Of a stretch of DNA of 60,494 nucleotides, positions 40,139 to 49,252 are shown piece by piece. The position numbers were made by a program, and so were the translations under genes. The notes under the pieces were generated by a model. It did not search any database. It had not been told where the DNA came from and worked only from the letters and a program-made list of their open reading frames with translations. The stretch's first letter is position 1; each line of letters opens with the position of its first letter. Where the stretch lies: NCBI GenBank assembly GCA_964636275.1, contig CAZWRN010000005.1, positions 1-60,494 of the forward strand, written 5' to 3'. The stretch comes from an uncultured Gammaproteobacteria bacterium. GTDB taxonomy: Bacteria; Patescibacteriota; Microgenomatia; Daviesbacterales; UBA10151.

Positions 40139-40252
40139 GAAGTTTGATGTGCGAAGCTAGAGAAAGAAGTGAGAGGTGGGATTATTCACACTTCAAAAAT
40201 TCAACAATCCATCTTCACATTTCCCAAATCTCACAACCAAAAGAATAAAAAT
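40139..40252 (+). repeat. Heptamer-periodic hairpin spacer (GA/TC type)
   Basis: tgtgaga agtttga tgtgcga agctaga ... tccatct tcacatt tcccaaa tctcaca. Confidence 0.7.
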
Positions 40253-41032
40253 ATGGGATTAATACCAGTAAACAAAGATCAGTTGGAGCTAATGCGCAAA
40301 AGTGGAGTCATCAGTGCAAAAGCTCTAAAAAAAGCCTTAGAAACCGCGCAAGTCGGGGTTTCTGAGCTCGAGTTGGATAAAGCAGCCGGAGATGAGATCT
40401 ATAAACGAGGTGGTGATTGGTCGTATAAAACGGTTCCTGATTATCATTGGGCAACTTGTGTAACGGTCAATCAAGAAGTAGTTCATGGCATCCCCAAAGA
40501 GAGAAAAATTCAAAATGGGGATTTAGTGAGTGTAGATTTGGCGGCTATGTATAAAGGATGGCACACTGATAATGCCTGGACGATATTGGTGGGTCAGGAG
40601 ACATCTGACAAGAGTCAAGAATGGGAAGAGAAGAAACGATTTTTACAGGTTGGAGAAGAAGCTCTATTTTTGGGTATCAAGCAGGCAGTGGCAGGAAACC
40701 GAGTGGGTGACATTTCAGCAGCTATTCAGAAAAAGGTTGAAGGAGCTGGATACCATGTAGTTAGAGCATTAGTAGGACATGGGGTAGGAAGAGAGATGCA
40801 TGAGGAGCCAGAAGTGCCGGGTTATGGTCGTCCGGGGACTGGACCTGTATTAAAAGAAGGTATGACGCTGGCAATTGAAGTGATATACGCGGCCGGGACT
40901 TCCGAAGTAGTTATTGCCGATGACAACTGGACATATGAGAGTGAAGATGGATCAATGTCTGGACTTTTTGAAATGAGTATTGTGGTAGGCAAAAAGAAGG
41001 CTGAAATACTGACTGATTGGCGCAATGTGTAA
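40253..41032 (+). CDS. map: Methionine aminopeptidase type I
   Basis: VVHGIP, SVDL, HTDNA, GHGVG..MHEEP, AIE; start moved to ATG 40253. Confidence 0.97.
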   Translation: MGLIPVNKDQLELMRKSGVISAKALKKALETAQVGVSELELDKAAGDEIYKRGGDWSYKTVPDYHWATCVTVNQEVVHGIPKERKIQNGDLVSVDLAAMYKGWHTDNAWTILVGQETSDKSQEWEEKKRFLQVGEEALFLGIKQAVAGNRVGDISAAIQKKVEGAGYHVVRALVGHGVGREMHEEPEVPGYGRPGTGPVLKEGMTLAIEVIYAAGTSEVVIADDNWTYESEDGSMSGLFEMSIVVGKKKAEILTDWRNV

Positions 41033-41197
41033 AATCGGTTAGCAGTTTTCTGTTGTCGGATATCAGATTTGAGTTTGCCTGGTTTCAGTTATCTGTAATA
41101 AGTGTTTTTTGATTTAACAGAATTGACCGAAAACGGATCAACTTTTTTCAGATACCTGAGAACGGAAAACCGATAACTGCCTTTATAGGCTTCTACC

Positions 41198-41226
41198 TTG
41201 TAAATCTGTGCGTAGTTTGTTACAAT
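41198..41226 (+). promoter_or_regulatory. infA promoter
   Basis: TTGTAA-N17-TACAAT with extended -10 TG. Confidence 0.6.
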
Positions 41227-41284
41227 AACCAAAGTCCTTTTTAAGGCCCAATTATTTTGTGCTAAAAAGGAGTAGAAAAGTGTC

Positions 41285-41536
41285 ATGGATCAGATACCAG
41301 ATGAGATTGAAGTCGAGGGAGTAGTGCTAGAGGTGTTACCAAATACCTTATTTCGGGTGGAGATTACTGCTTCCCGAACTATCCCTGAACTGGTAAAAAG
41401 GGTGATTTTATGCCACATTTCTGGTAAGATGCGCAGACATTACATCAGGTTGCTACAAGGTGATCGAGTAGTTGCTGAAATGAGTCCGAAATATGATTTG
41501 GACAAAGGACGCATCAAGCTGAGATTGAGATCTTAG
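41285..41536 (+). CDS. infA: Translation initiation factor IF-1
   Basis: [36 protein letters not shown]. Confidence 0.97.
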   Translation: MDQIPDEIEVEGVVLEVLPNTLFRVEITASRTIPELVKRVILCHISGKMRRHYIRLLQGDRVVAEMSPKYDLDKGRIKLRLRS

Positions 41537-41613
41537 AAGTGACAAGAGTCTAGAGTCAAGAGTCTAGGCAGAAAGGGTCACTAGTCACTAGACTCTAGCG
41601 ACTAGTTACTAAT
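41537..41613 (+). repeat. Heptamer-periodic hairpin spacer
   Basis: tgacaag agtctag agtcaag agtctag ... ctagtca ctagact ctagcga ctagtta cta. Confidence 0.88.
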
Positions 41614-41730
41614 ATGAAAGTAGCAGCAAGTATTAAAACAAGATGTACTGGATGTAAAGTTGTTAAACGCGAAGGTGTTTTGTTCGTGATCTGTTCACGT
41701 GATCCAAAACACAAACAGAGACAAGGATAA
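41614..41730 (+). CDS. rpmJ: 50S ribosomal protein L36 (38 aa, not in the ORF track)
   Basis: [38 protein letters not shown]. Confidence 0.98.
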   Translation: MKVAASIKTRCTGCKVVKREGVLFVICSRDPKHKQRQG

Positions 41731-41830
41731 GAAAGGAAAAAATTATAAAGTCAAAATTATAAATGATAAAACAAGGTTAACTTCGTTCAAGTTTTATAAT
41801 TTATACTTTATAATTTGAAATTTAAATTAA
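41731..41830 (+). repeat. Heptamer-periodic hairpin spacer (AAA/TTT type)
   Basis: aaattat aaagtca aaattat aaatgat ... ataattt atacttt ataattt gaaattt; preceded by GAAAGGAA. Confidence 0.75.
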
Positions 41831-42205
41831 ATGGCTAGACTTGCAGGAATTGATATACCAAATGATAAAAGAGCTGATATTGGATTGACCTACATTTTTG
41901 GTGTGGGCAGATCCAATGTGCGCCAACTTTTGGAAAAAGCTAAAGTTGAAGGATCAAAAAGAGTTAAAGATTTATCTGAGGAAGAAGTTAATAGATTGCA
42001 GAAAGCTTTGGAAGGTTGGGTTGTTGAAGGTGATTTAAATCGAGAGATCGCGCAGAATATTAAAAGATTGGAAGAGATCGGTTCATATCGAGGTTTGAGA
42101 CACCGAAAAGGTTTACCAGCCAGAGGTCAGAATACCAGACGTAATTCACGAACTAAAAAAGGTAAGAGAAAAACAGTCGGTACAGTAAAGAAGGAGACGA
42201 AATAG
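41831..42205 (+). CDS. rpsM: 30S ribosomal protein S13
   Basis: [28 protein letters not shown]. Confidence 0.99.
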   Translation: MARLAGIDIPNDKRADIGLTYIFGVGRSNVRQLLEKAKVEGSKRVKDLSEEEVNRLQKALEGWVVEGDLNREIAQNIKRLEEIGSYRGLRHRKGLPARGQNTRRNSRTKKGKRKTVGTVKKETK

Positions 42206-42282
42206 CTTATAGTTGTTAGCTTCCAGCTTTTAGTCTAATCACTAGAAGCTACAAGCTTAAAGCTGAAAGCAAAAAAATAAAT
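42206..42282 (+). repeat. Heptamer-periodic hairpin spacer (AGC/GCT type)
   Basis: ttatagt tgttagc ttccagc ttttagt ... ctagaag ctacaag cttaaag ctgaaag. Confidence 0.8.
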
Positions 42283-42681
42283 ATGGCTAAAAAAGTTCAG
42301 ATTAAAACTAAGAAAAAAGCAGTAGAGCAAAAAACTATTGAAAAAGGTCGAATTTATGTTACAGCGACTTTTAACAATACTTTAGTAACTCTGACTGATA
42401 CAGCGGGAGCTGCTTTGACCTGGAGTTCATCCGGAAATGTTGGATTTAAAGGCGCCAGAAGGGCAACTCCATTTGCTGCAATTACGGCAGTTGAAAAAGT
42501 TGCGGCTAAAGCCAAACAAATGGGAATGAATTCAATGGAGGTCTATATTAAAGGACCTGGTCCTGGACGAGATGCATCTATCCGGGCTTTGAAAAATGTT
42601 GGTATGGGTATTACTATGATCGCCGATATGACACCGGTTCCACACAATGGCCCACGGGCTAAGAAAAGGAGAAGAGTATAA
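42283..42681 (+). CDS. rpsK: 30S ribosomal protein S11
   Basis: ATFNNT, GFKGARRATPFAA, TPVPHNG. Confidence 0.99.
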   Translation: MAKKVQIKTKKKAVEQKTIEKGRIYVTATFNNTLVTLTDTAGAALTWSSSGNVGFKGARRATPFAAITAVEKVAAKAKQMGMNSMEVYIKGPGPGRDASIRALKNVGMGITMIADMTPVPHNGPRAKKRRRV

Positions 42682-42760
42682 GTAGAGAATAGCAATTAGA
42701 GATTAGTAATTAGTTTTGAAACTATTTACTATTTGCTATTTACTAATTACTAAATCAAAT
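42682..42760 (+). repeat. Heptamer-periodic hairpin spacer (TAG/CTA type)
   Basis: agaatag caattag agattag taattag ... ctattta ctatttg ctattta ctaatta cta. Confidence 0.88.
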
Positions 42761-43363
42761 ATGGGTAAATATAACGGACCAAAACGAAGATTATCACGCC
42801 GAGAAGGTGTAGCATTATTTAAGAAAGATCTTAAAGCAATTGAAAGAAAAGGAGCAGTCCCTCCAGGTATGCGAGGCACTAAAACTCGTTCACGAGTTAC
42901 AGAATATGGTACTCAGTTGCGAGAAAAACAAAAAGCCAAACGGATGTTTGGTATGACAGAAAAGCAATTTAGAAAAACCTATGAAGAGGCTGCTCGAGTA
43001 AAAACAGCAACTGGTAAGAAAATGTTGGAATTGCTGGAAACTCGTTTGGATAATGTTGTCTATCGTCTTGGTTTTGCTGCTTCTCGAGCCCAGGCTAGAC
43101 AGTTGGTAGGTCACGGACATGTGGTTGTGGATTCTAAAAAACTCAACATTCCTTCCGCACAAATACGGGTAAATTCAGTAGTTGCAATTTCTCCAAAAAT
43201 AGTAGATAATACACAGATCAAAAAGAATTTGGATGAGAATCCAGATGTTCCTGCATGGCTTGAAAGAAAAGGCCTGTCAGGAAAAATTGTGCGTCTCCCA
43301 GAAAGAGATGAGATGGAGAAAGGTGTATCTGAACAGTTGATCGTTGAGTTCTACTCTCGATAA
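42761..43363 (+). CDS. rpsD: 30S ribosomal protein S4
   Basis: EYGTQLREKQK, LETRLDNVVYRLGF, IVEFYSR; start moved to ATG 42761. Confidence 0.99.
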   Translation: MGKYNGPKRRLSRREGVALFKKDLKAIERKGAVPPGMRGTKTRSRVTEYGTQLREKQKAKRMFGMTEKQFRKTYEEAARVKTATGKKMLELLETRLDNVVYRLGFAASRAQARQLVGHGHVVVDSKKLNIPSAQIRVNSVVAISPKIVDNTQIKKNLDENPDVPAWLERKGLSGKIVRLPERDEMEKGVSEQLIVEFYSR

Positions 43364-43397
43364 AACTATAATAAAGAGATACTGTTAAATAAAATAT

Positions 43398-44312
43398 ATG
43401 AAATTTAAAGTAAAAGTTGAATCAGAAAATAAAAACACCGCAACTATTGCGATCGAGCCATTAGAAGCTGGATACGGTTATACCCTTGGAAATGGTTTAA
43501 GAAGAACTTTACTTTCTTCTTTGCAGGGAGCTGCTATTACTTCAGTTAAAATCAGTGGTGTATCTCATCAATTTTCAACAATTCCAGGAGTGATTGAAGA
43601 TGTTATTCAAGTGATATTAAATCTTAAAAAAGTTAGAGTTAAACTTTATGGTGATAAACCAGTTAAAATGAGACTTACATCAACTGGTTTGGGTGAAGTA
43701 AAAGCTGGTGATATTGACACATTGGGTCAGGCAGAAATTACAAATCCAGAACAACCAATTGCAACTGTTTCAGACGCTAAAGCCAAACTAACTATGGAGC
43801 TTTCAGTAGAGCCAGGAGTTGGTTATATGATAGCTGATGAAAGAAAAAGTACTGAGATCGGTGTTATTCCAGTCGATGCTATTTTCTCTCCAGTATCAGC
43901 TGTGAACTACACAGTAGATCAGACTCGAGTTGGTCGAAGAACCGATTTTGATAAATTGACTTTGGAAGTTACAACCGATGGTAGTTTAACTCCTTTAGAA
44001 GCTGTAAATAAAGCTGCAAGTATTTTAAGTGGATACTTTCACCAGATTTATGAACCAGTAGCTGATGATGAAGTTGAAGAGGTAAAGGCTCCTTCTTTTA
44101 TGGCTAATGATATGATGAAGGCCTCAATCGAAGAACTGGATCTACCTGTTCGTATAAGTAATGCTTTGAAAGCTATTGATATTGACACTATTGGTAAATT
44201 GACGACTACTCAACCAACTTTGTTGATGAAAGCTAAAAACTTGGGAGCAAAATCTTTAACTCTTATATCAGAAAAGTTAGCAGAGAGGGGGCTGTCTTTA
44301 GGTGAGGCATAA
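43398..44312 (+). CDS. rpoA: RNA polymerase alpha subunit
   Basis: EPLEAGYGYTLGNGLRR, TRVGRRTDFDKL, alpha-CTD. Confidence 0.99.
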   Translation: MKFKVKVESENKNTATIAIEPLEAGYGYTLGNGLRRTLLSSLQGAAITSVKISGVSHQFSTIPGVIEDVIQVILNLKKVRVKLYGDKPVKMRLTSTGLGEVKAGDIDTLGQAEITNPEQPIATVSDAKAKLTMELSVEPGVGYMIADERKSTEIGVIPVDAIFSPVSAVNYTVDQTRVGRRTDFDKLTLEVTTDGSLTPLEAVNKAASILSGYFHQIYEPVADDEVEEVKAPSFMANDMMKASIEELDLPVRISNALKAIDIDTIGKLTTTQPTLLMKAKNLGAKSLTLISEKLAERGLSLGEA

Positions 44313-44727
44313 TGTTTATGGCGCACATCTTGGTCGAAATAAAAATCAACGGACAGCTCTTTTTAAAAGCTTAGTCCAATCTCTTTTTTTATCCGAATCG
44401 ATTCAGACCACAGAAACCAAAGCCAAAGCTGTTAAAGGTTTAGTTGATAAAATTATCAATCAAGCCAAAGATACATCTTCCCGGAGACTAGTGTCTCAGT
44501 TTTTGACAGCAAAAACTACTCAGGATAAATTAATCAAAGACTTGCTACCTCGTTTGAAAGATCGAAATAGCGGATATACCAGTACTGTTCGATTGGGTGC
44601 TAGACAGGGTGATGGCGCTGTTATGGTGAAAATGAGTTTATTACTGTCGGAAGCAAAAAAGGAAGCTAAAGCTGCAAAAGAAGAAAAAGCTGAAGTTCAA
44701 GAAGAGGTAAAGGAGAAGAGTAAATAA
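44302..44727 (+). CDS. rplQ: 50S ribosomal protein L17
   Basis: MRH..LGR, TTETKAK, GYTS..RQGDGA; GTG start overlapping rpoA. Confidence 0.97.
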   Translation: MRHNVYGAHLGRNKNQRTALFKSLVQSLFLSESIQTTETKAKAVKGLVDKIINQAKDTSSRRLVSQFLTAKTTQDKLIKDLLPRLKDRNSGYTSTVRLGARQGDGAVMVKMSLLLSEAKKEAKAAKEEKAEVQEEVKEKSK

Positions 44728-45179
44728 TGTCGACAAACACAGTATCAGCTAAAAGTGTTAAAAGAGCTTGGTATCATATTGATGCCAAAGGTCAGGTTTT
44801 AGGTCGATTGGCTGTACAAGCAGCTGACAAACTTCGAGGTAAATCCAAAGTTAATTTTGTTCCTTATTTGGACATGGGTGACTATGTGGTAGTGACCAAT
44901 GCTGCCTTGGTAAAAGTCACTGGTAAAAAAGCGACAGATAAAAAATATGCCCGACACTCTGGTTTCCCAGGCGGTTTGAGAGTTGAGACTTTTAATCAGA
45001 TGATTGAGACCAAACCAGAAAGAGTAGTAGAGCATGCGATCAAAGGAATGTTGCCAAAGGGAAAATTAGGTGACCAGCTTTTTACCAAACTGCATGTATT
45101 TGCTGGCAATGATCATCCATATAAAAAACAGCTCAAAGTAGAGAAAGTTGAAGAAGTTACTGAGGAGGTCGCTCAATAA
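44727..45179 (+). CDS. rplM: 50S ribosomal protein L13
   Basis: IDAKGQVLGRLA, DMGDYVVV, HSGFPGG. Confidence 0.99.
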   Translation: MSTNTVSAKSVKRAWYHIDAKGQVLGRLAVQAADKLRGKSKVNFVPYLDMGDYVVVTNAALVKVTGKKATDKKYARHSGFPGGLRVETFNQMIETKPERVVEHAIKGMLPKGKLGDQLFTKLHVFAGNDHPYKKQLKVEKVEEVTEEVAQ

Positions 45180-45586
45180 TGGCAACTGTACAAGACAATC
45201 ATCATCAAGCAGTCGGACGCAGAAAGTCTGCGGTAGCACGAGTTCGTCTTTTTCCAGGCCAATCCCAGATGACCGTTAATGGTAAGCCGATTTCCGATTA
45301 TTTTAAAGGCCCAGTAGCTCAGAAAGCTTATCAAAAACCATTTGAACTGACTAAAACACTTGGTAAAATGACTGGGACCGTTAAGATCATCGGTGGTGGC
45401 CCAAAAGCTCAATTGGATGCATTAGTGCACGGTATAGCAAAAGTATTAGAATCAGCTGATTCAGCTTCTCACAGGAAACCACTTAAATCAGCGGGTTTAT
45501 TAACTCGTGATGCGAGAGTCCGTGAACGACGTAAATTTGGTCGAGCTGGTAAAGCCCGAGCTCTCAAGTCATCTCCAAAACGATAA
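45179..45586 (+). CDS. rpsI: 30S ribosomal protein S9
   Basis: GRRKSAVARV, GGG..Q, RDARVRERRKFG, SPKR. Confidence 0.99.
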   Translation: MATVQDNHHQAVGRRKSAVARVRLFPGQSQMTVNGKPISDYFKGPVAQKAYQKPFELTKTLGKMTGTVKIIGGGPKAQLDALVHGIAKVLESADSASHRKPLKSAGLLTRDARVRERRKFGRAGKARALKSSPKR

Positions 45587-45623
45587 GTTTCGATAGATTA
45601 TTCTTTGATATAATTCTTCTCAA

Positions 45624-46394
45624 ATGCAAAATAAAGTTAGTTTACGGAACATTCAATTACTAAGAGAGGATCTCTTTGGTTGGAAAAAATATCCGTTTAA
45701 TATTCCCGTAATTAAAAATTTAGACAGATTGGATATAAAAAGCCGAGTATGTTTTTTTATTGGCGAGAATGGAACTGGTAAATCAACTTTACTAGAAGCC
45801 ATAGCTGCGGTTTATGGATTTGGCAAAGAAGGAGGCAGCAAGAATATCGGATTCTCGACTGCTGATAAAGACACCAATGATTTGGCCGATCATATTCGAT
45901 TAAGCTGGTCTAAAAAGTTATTAGGGGGATATTTTTTTAGAGCTGAGAGTTTTTTTAATTTGGCAACTTATCTGGATGATATGAAAAACACTTTGGGAGG
46001 AGAGAGAGCTTACGATTCCTATGGTGGAGAGTCGCTACATATTAAGTCCCATGGGCAATCATTATTAGCACTATTTAATAATCGTTTCTCAGGGGAAGGC
46101 TTTTATCTATTAGATGAACCGGAAGCAGCACTGTCCCCTCAGAGACAATTGTCATTGCTGATTATTATCCGAGATATATTAAAGCATTTCCCTGATTCTC
46201 AGTTTATTATTGCGACGCATTCGCCGATATTATTAGCTTTTCCTGATGCTCAAATAATGACCTTTGATGGTAAAACCATTGAAGAAATTCAGTATGAGGA
46301 TACAGCTATCTATCAGATTTCAAAGGCTTTTTTAGCTTCTCCGGAAAATTTTATCGAAAAACTTTTTGTTCAAGACTCCAAAAAAAACCGCTAA
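45624..46394 (+). CDS. ABC/SMC-like ATPase (COG3910-like)
   Basis: GENGTGKS, SHGQS signature variant, LLDEPE, IATHS. Confidence 0.88.
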   Translation: MQNKVSLRNIQLLREDLFGWKKYPFNIPVIKNLDRLDIKSRVCFFIGENGTGKSTLLEAIAAVYGFGKEGGSKNIGFSTADKDTNDLADHIRLSWSKKLLGGYFFRAESFFNLATYLDDMKNTLGGERAYDSYGGESLHIKSHGQSLLALFNNRFSGEGFYLLDEPEAALSPQRQLSLLIIIRDILKHFPDSQFIIATHSPILLAFPDAQIMTFDGKTIEEIQYEDTAIYQISKAFLASPENFIEKLFVQDSKKNR

Positions 46395-46415
46395 CTTGCG
46401 TTAACGGTTTTTTTT
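46381..46415. terminator. Bidirectional terminator between the convergent ATPase and pilin genes
   Basis: A7-CCG-C-TAAC-TTGC-GTTA-A-CGG-T8. Confidence 0.8.
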
Positions 46416-46437
46416 GTTACCTTGATGTAACTTAAGA

Positions 46438-46995
46438 TCAGTTTATGATAGTGTAATCTGATCCGACTTCGTAAACGTTGTCGTTATCTCCACCATCATT
46501 TGCCATCTTTGTTTGGTATTTTTGTGATTCCAAGATAGCATTGATCTCCCATTTATCACCAGCAGAGTTGGTTGTATAGGTATAATGATAGGTTGCATCA
46601 TTAACAGGATCAGCTGGTAGAGTTGGAACTGTAACACTTCTTTGTCCACTTAAATTCACCTTAACCCAGCCAGTACCATCGGCTTTACGAGTAGTACTTT
46701 GAGGTAAAGTGTTGGATGTGCCAGTACATGGAGCAGTGGCAGGTGGATTACAAAGTGTGCCTGAGTTCGAAGCCTCCTGGACAGCTACATTTAGTGCGTT
46801 GTTTAAGCTGGTCAAATCACTCATACGAGCGGTATCCCGGCTTTGTTTTGTCAATTCCATAGGATTAATGATCAAAATTACAACAGCTGCCAGAACAGCG
46901 ATGATTGCGATAACTACTAAAAGTTCCACCAAAGTGAAACCATTTGATTTAGAACGAAGCAATGAGCTTCGTGAATATTGGGCAGTTTTTCTCAA
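46438..46995 (-). CDS. Type IV pilin
   Basis: G|FTLVELLVVIAII class III signal; TTG start 46995 behind a perfect AAGGAGGTGA SD. Confidence 0.92.
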   Translation of the reverse strand: MRKTAQYSRSSLLRSKSNGFTLVELLVVIAIIAVLAAVVILIINPMELTKQSRDTARMSDLTSLNNALNVAVQEASNSGTLCNPPATAPCTGTSNTLPQSTTRKADGTGWVKVNLSGQRSVTVPTLPADPVNDATYHYTYTTNSAGDKWEINAILESQKYQTKMANDGGDNDNVYEVGSDYTIIN

Positions 46996-47140
46996 CAGTC
47001 TCACCTCCTTAAGGTTTTAGATTTAATTCTAGCAGTTTGATTAAATACTAGATGATTTACTGCAGAGGATATAAACGTCCAAGGCAGTAAACGTACATTC
47101 ATTGTACACATAGGATAGATGGTAACGTCAAGTCGCAATC

Positions 47141-47713
47141 TTACAAAACTTTAGGCAGAAGATCCGCCAATTTTTGGAAATCACTAGACAAAACCTCTTT
47201 AAATTGTCGTCTACGCAGGGCAGCAGCTGGATGATAAAGAGGAAAAACTATGATACTGAGACCATTGAATGTTATAGGGTGAGGAATCCCGTGAACTTGA
47301 GAGATTTTGACATCCGGCAAAAATTTATTCAACGAAAATCTACCCAGAGTGGCGATGATTTTAGGTTTTAAGATAGCTATTTCTTTGTCAACATAGGGTT
47401 TAAAAGCCGCTATTTCGTCTGGTTTTGGGTCGCGATTTTTGGGAGGCCGATAACGCAAGACACTGGTAATATAGACCTCTTCTCGTTGAAGACCAATTTG
47501 TTCAAGCATAAGGTTGAGTAATTTGCCTGCCTGTCCGACAAATGGAAGCCCAGACAGATCTTCGTGTCTACCGGGAGCCTCACCCAGAAAATAAACTTTT
47601 GGATCAGTGCTGCCTTCACCGAATACCAGATTGGTAGCGCTGTCACGTAAAGGGAGGGTCAAATCGTTGGCCATTTCTTGTCTGAGAAGTTCTAACAGTT
47701 GTCTTTTAGTCAT
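47141..47713 (-). CDS. Uracil-DNA glycosylase, family 4-like, cysteine-free
   Basis: GEAPG, PFVGQAGKLL, RPPKNRDP, YHPAA; start at ATG 47713. Confidence 0.9.
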   Translation of the reverse strand: MTKRQLLELLRQEMANDLTLPLRDSATNLVFGEGSTDPKVYFLGEAPGRHEDLSGLPFVGQAGKLLNLMLEQIGLQREEVYITSVLRYRPPKNRDPKPDEIAAFKPYVDKEIAILKPKIIATLGRFSLNKFLPDVKISQVHGIPHPITFNGLSIIVFPLYHPAAALRRRQFKEVLSSDFQKLADLLPKVL

Positions 47714-48416
47714 CTTTATAATTGCCAAAAAAATAAGGAACTTTATTGGCTAGTTTAAACTGATTGGTAGAAAAAAGAAATGACAAAACCAGATATTGAA
47801 TGACAGTATATAGTATTCCCTGTTTGTAAAATCGGCGAGGGGAAACTTTAATCCAAAAAGGTAGTATGCGATAAGAATGGTCTCGGCTGAGTCTTCTGAT
47901 CAGCTCGATATCTTCAAATTTATAGTTCAAAGAAAATCCGGCAGAGGTGATAAAGACATTTTTTTTAATGATCAGGCAGGTACTAGCGCCAGAAGGTACA
48001 ATTTTTTGCAGGAGCCAAAACATCGAATTAAAAAATAAGTAGATCCCCAAAATGAGGGGATTATAACTCATTGGTATAAACCACGGACAACCTAACTGGG
48101 TGGGATTTTTTGAAAAATACTGGTCAACTTTTTGCAGGAATTGTCTGGGGATTGTCGTATCAGCATCTAAAAATACCAGTAACTTACCGGATGCTTTTTG
48201 AGCACCGATATTTCTTTGGAGTGCTACAGAAGGTTTAGAGTAGAAAAGTTTGGTTTTTTTAAATTTGCTTACTATTTGGACAGTATTATCCTTTGAATGA
48301 GCGTCAACAACTATTATTTCCAAGGCTGCTTTAGTTTGATTTTGCAGTGACTCGAGAAGAGGCCCGATATACTGCGCTTCATTTAGGGTTGGAATAATAA
48401 CTGAGATTGAGCTCAT
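47706..48416 (-). CDS. Glycosyltransferase family 2
   Basis: IIPTLNEA, QRNIGA, FLDAD, SPRRF. Confidence 0.88.
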   Translation of the reverse strand: MSSISVIIPTLNEAQYIGPLLESLQNQTKAALEIIVVDAHSKDNTVQIVSKFKKTKLFYSKPSVALQRNIGAQKASGKLLVFLDADTTIPRQFLQKVDQYFSKNPTQLGCPWFIPMSYNPLILGIYLFFNSMFWLLQKIVPSGASTCLIIKKNVFITSAGFSLNYKFEDIELIRRLSRDHSYRILPFWIKVSPRRFYKQGILYTVIQYLVLSFLFSTNQFKLANKVPYFFGNYKDD

Positions 48417-49252
48417 ATTTTTTCCAGTACTACTAAGATAAAGAGAAGAAACCCTAGCAGATTGTTGAGCCAGGGAAAATACCAGTAAATTCTACTCAGA
48501 GAAATCTTATTATTAAATACGGCTATAAGAGGTATTAAAGGATATAACATTGTTAGTAGGGAATAAGGATACAGCTGGGATATCTGTAAAGTTATGCCGG
48601 CAAAAATAATCCATAGTAATGAGCACAAAAGGAGTGATGGGGTTTGTCCAAAAAAAATTGCTGAGGTTTTCAGCTGAGCTTTTTTATCGGCTTCAATATC
48701 GGGAATAGCGGAGAAAAGATGCATGGCGACAGCCCAGCAAGAGATTGCCAGCATGATTGGCCAACTCAGCTGATTGGCTGTCAGTTGATATCCAATAAGT
48801 CCCGGCAAGATATATAGCACATTGGAGGCAGAATCTATAATTGGTTTAGATTTAAATCGGAGTGGGGGGGCTGAATAAAATGCAGCTAAAAAGATGAACA
48901 GAATAAAAAAAATTCGAGCAATCAAAGAAGGTAACAATAAAAAGGCCGGTAGTGCCAGTAAGAGTGAAAGCAAAAGGAATAATACTAATTTGGTTGATTC
49001 GGTTTTTTGAAGTCGATGTTCCTGCTGGCCTTTTTTACTATTATACTGATCGGTGTCTTGGTCGAATAAGTCATTTATGCCATATAAGAAAAAATTAGCT
49101 GGTAATAGGAAAAAAAAGAGCAGATAAAAAAAGGTGAGTGTGTAAAATTCAGTTAAGTCTTGGATCCCGATGGTATAACCGACTAAAAACGTCCCGCCAA
49201 GATAGCCCCAAAATTTTGGTCGGGATATTTCAATCAAGGTTGAGATCTTCAT
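48413..49252 (-). CDS. UbiA-family prenyltransferase, lycopene elongase (CrtEb/LyeJ)-like
   Basis: ISRPKFW, YGINDLFDQDTD, YSAPPLRFK, IPDIEAD; next to crtI/crtB. Confidence 0.7.
   Translation of the reverse strand: MKISTLIEISRPKFWGYLGGTFLVGYTIGIQDLTEFYTLTFFYLLFFFLLPANFFLYGINDLFDQDTDQYNSKKGQQEHRLQKTESTKLVLFLLLSLLLALPAFLLLPSLIARIFFILFIFLAAFYSAPPLRFKSKPIIDSASNVLYILPGLIGYQLTANQLSWPIMLAISCWAVAMHLFSAIPDIEADKKAQLKTSAIFFGQTPSLLLCSLLWIIFAGITLQISQLYPYSLLTMLYPLIPLIAVFNNKISLSRIYWYFPWLNNLLGFLLFILVVLEKI

Noticed and set aside
20883-42760. ORF-track N-terminal extensions of S12, L22, L6, MAP and S4
   Set aside because: They run through repeat spacers or leaders; conserved N-termini begin at downstream ATGs.
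14055-42890. Many 60-150 aa antisense or alternate-frame ORFs over core genes
   Set aside because: They are shadows of conserved genes, with no motifs or start signals.
45578-45596. CGA TAA / CGA TAG mini-duplication at the rpsI end with an AAAC/GTTT stem
   Set aside because: Only a 5-bp repeat and a 4-bp stem, which is easily chance, although it mimics the insert layout.
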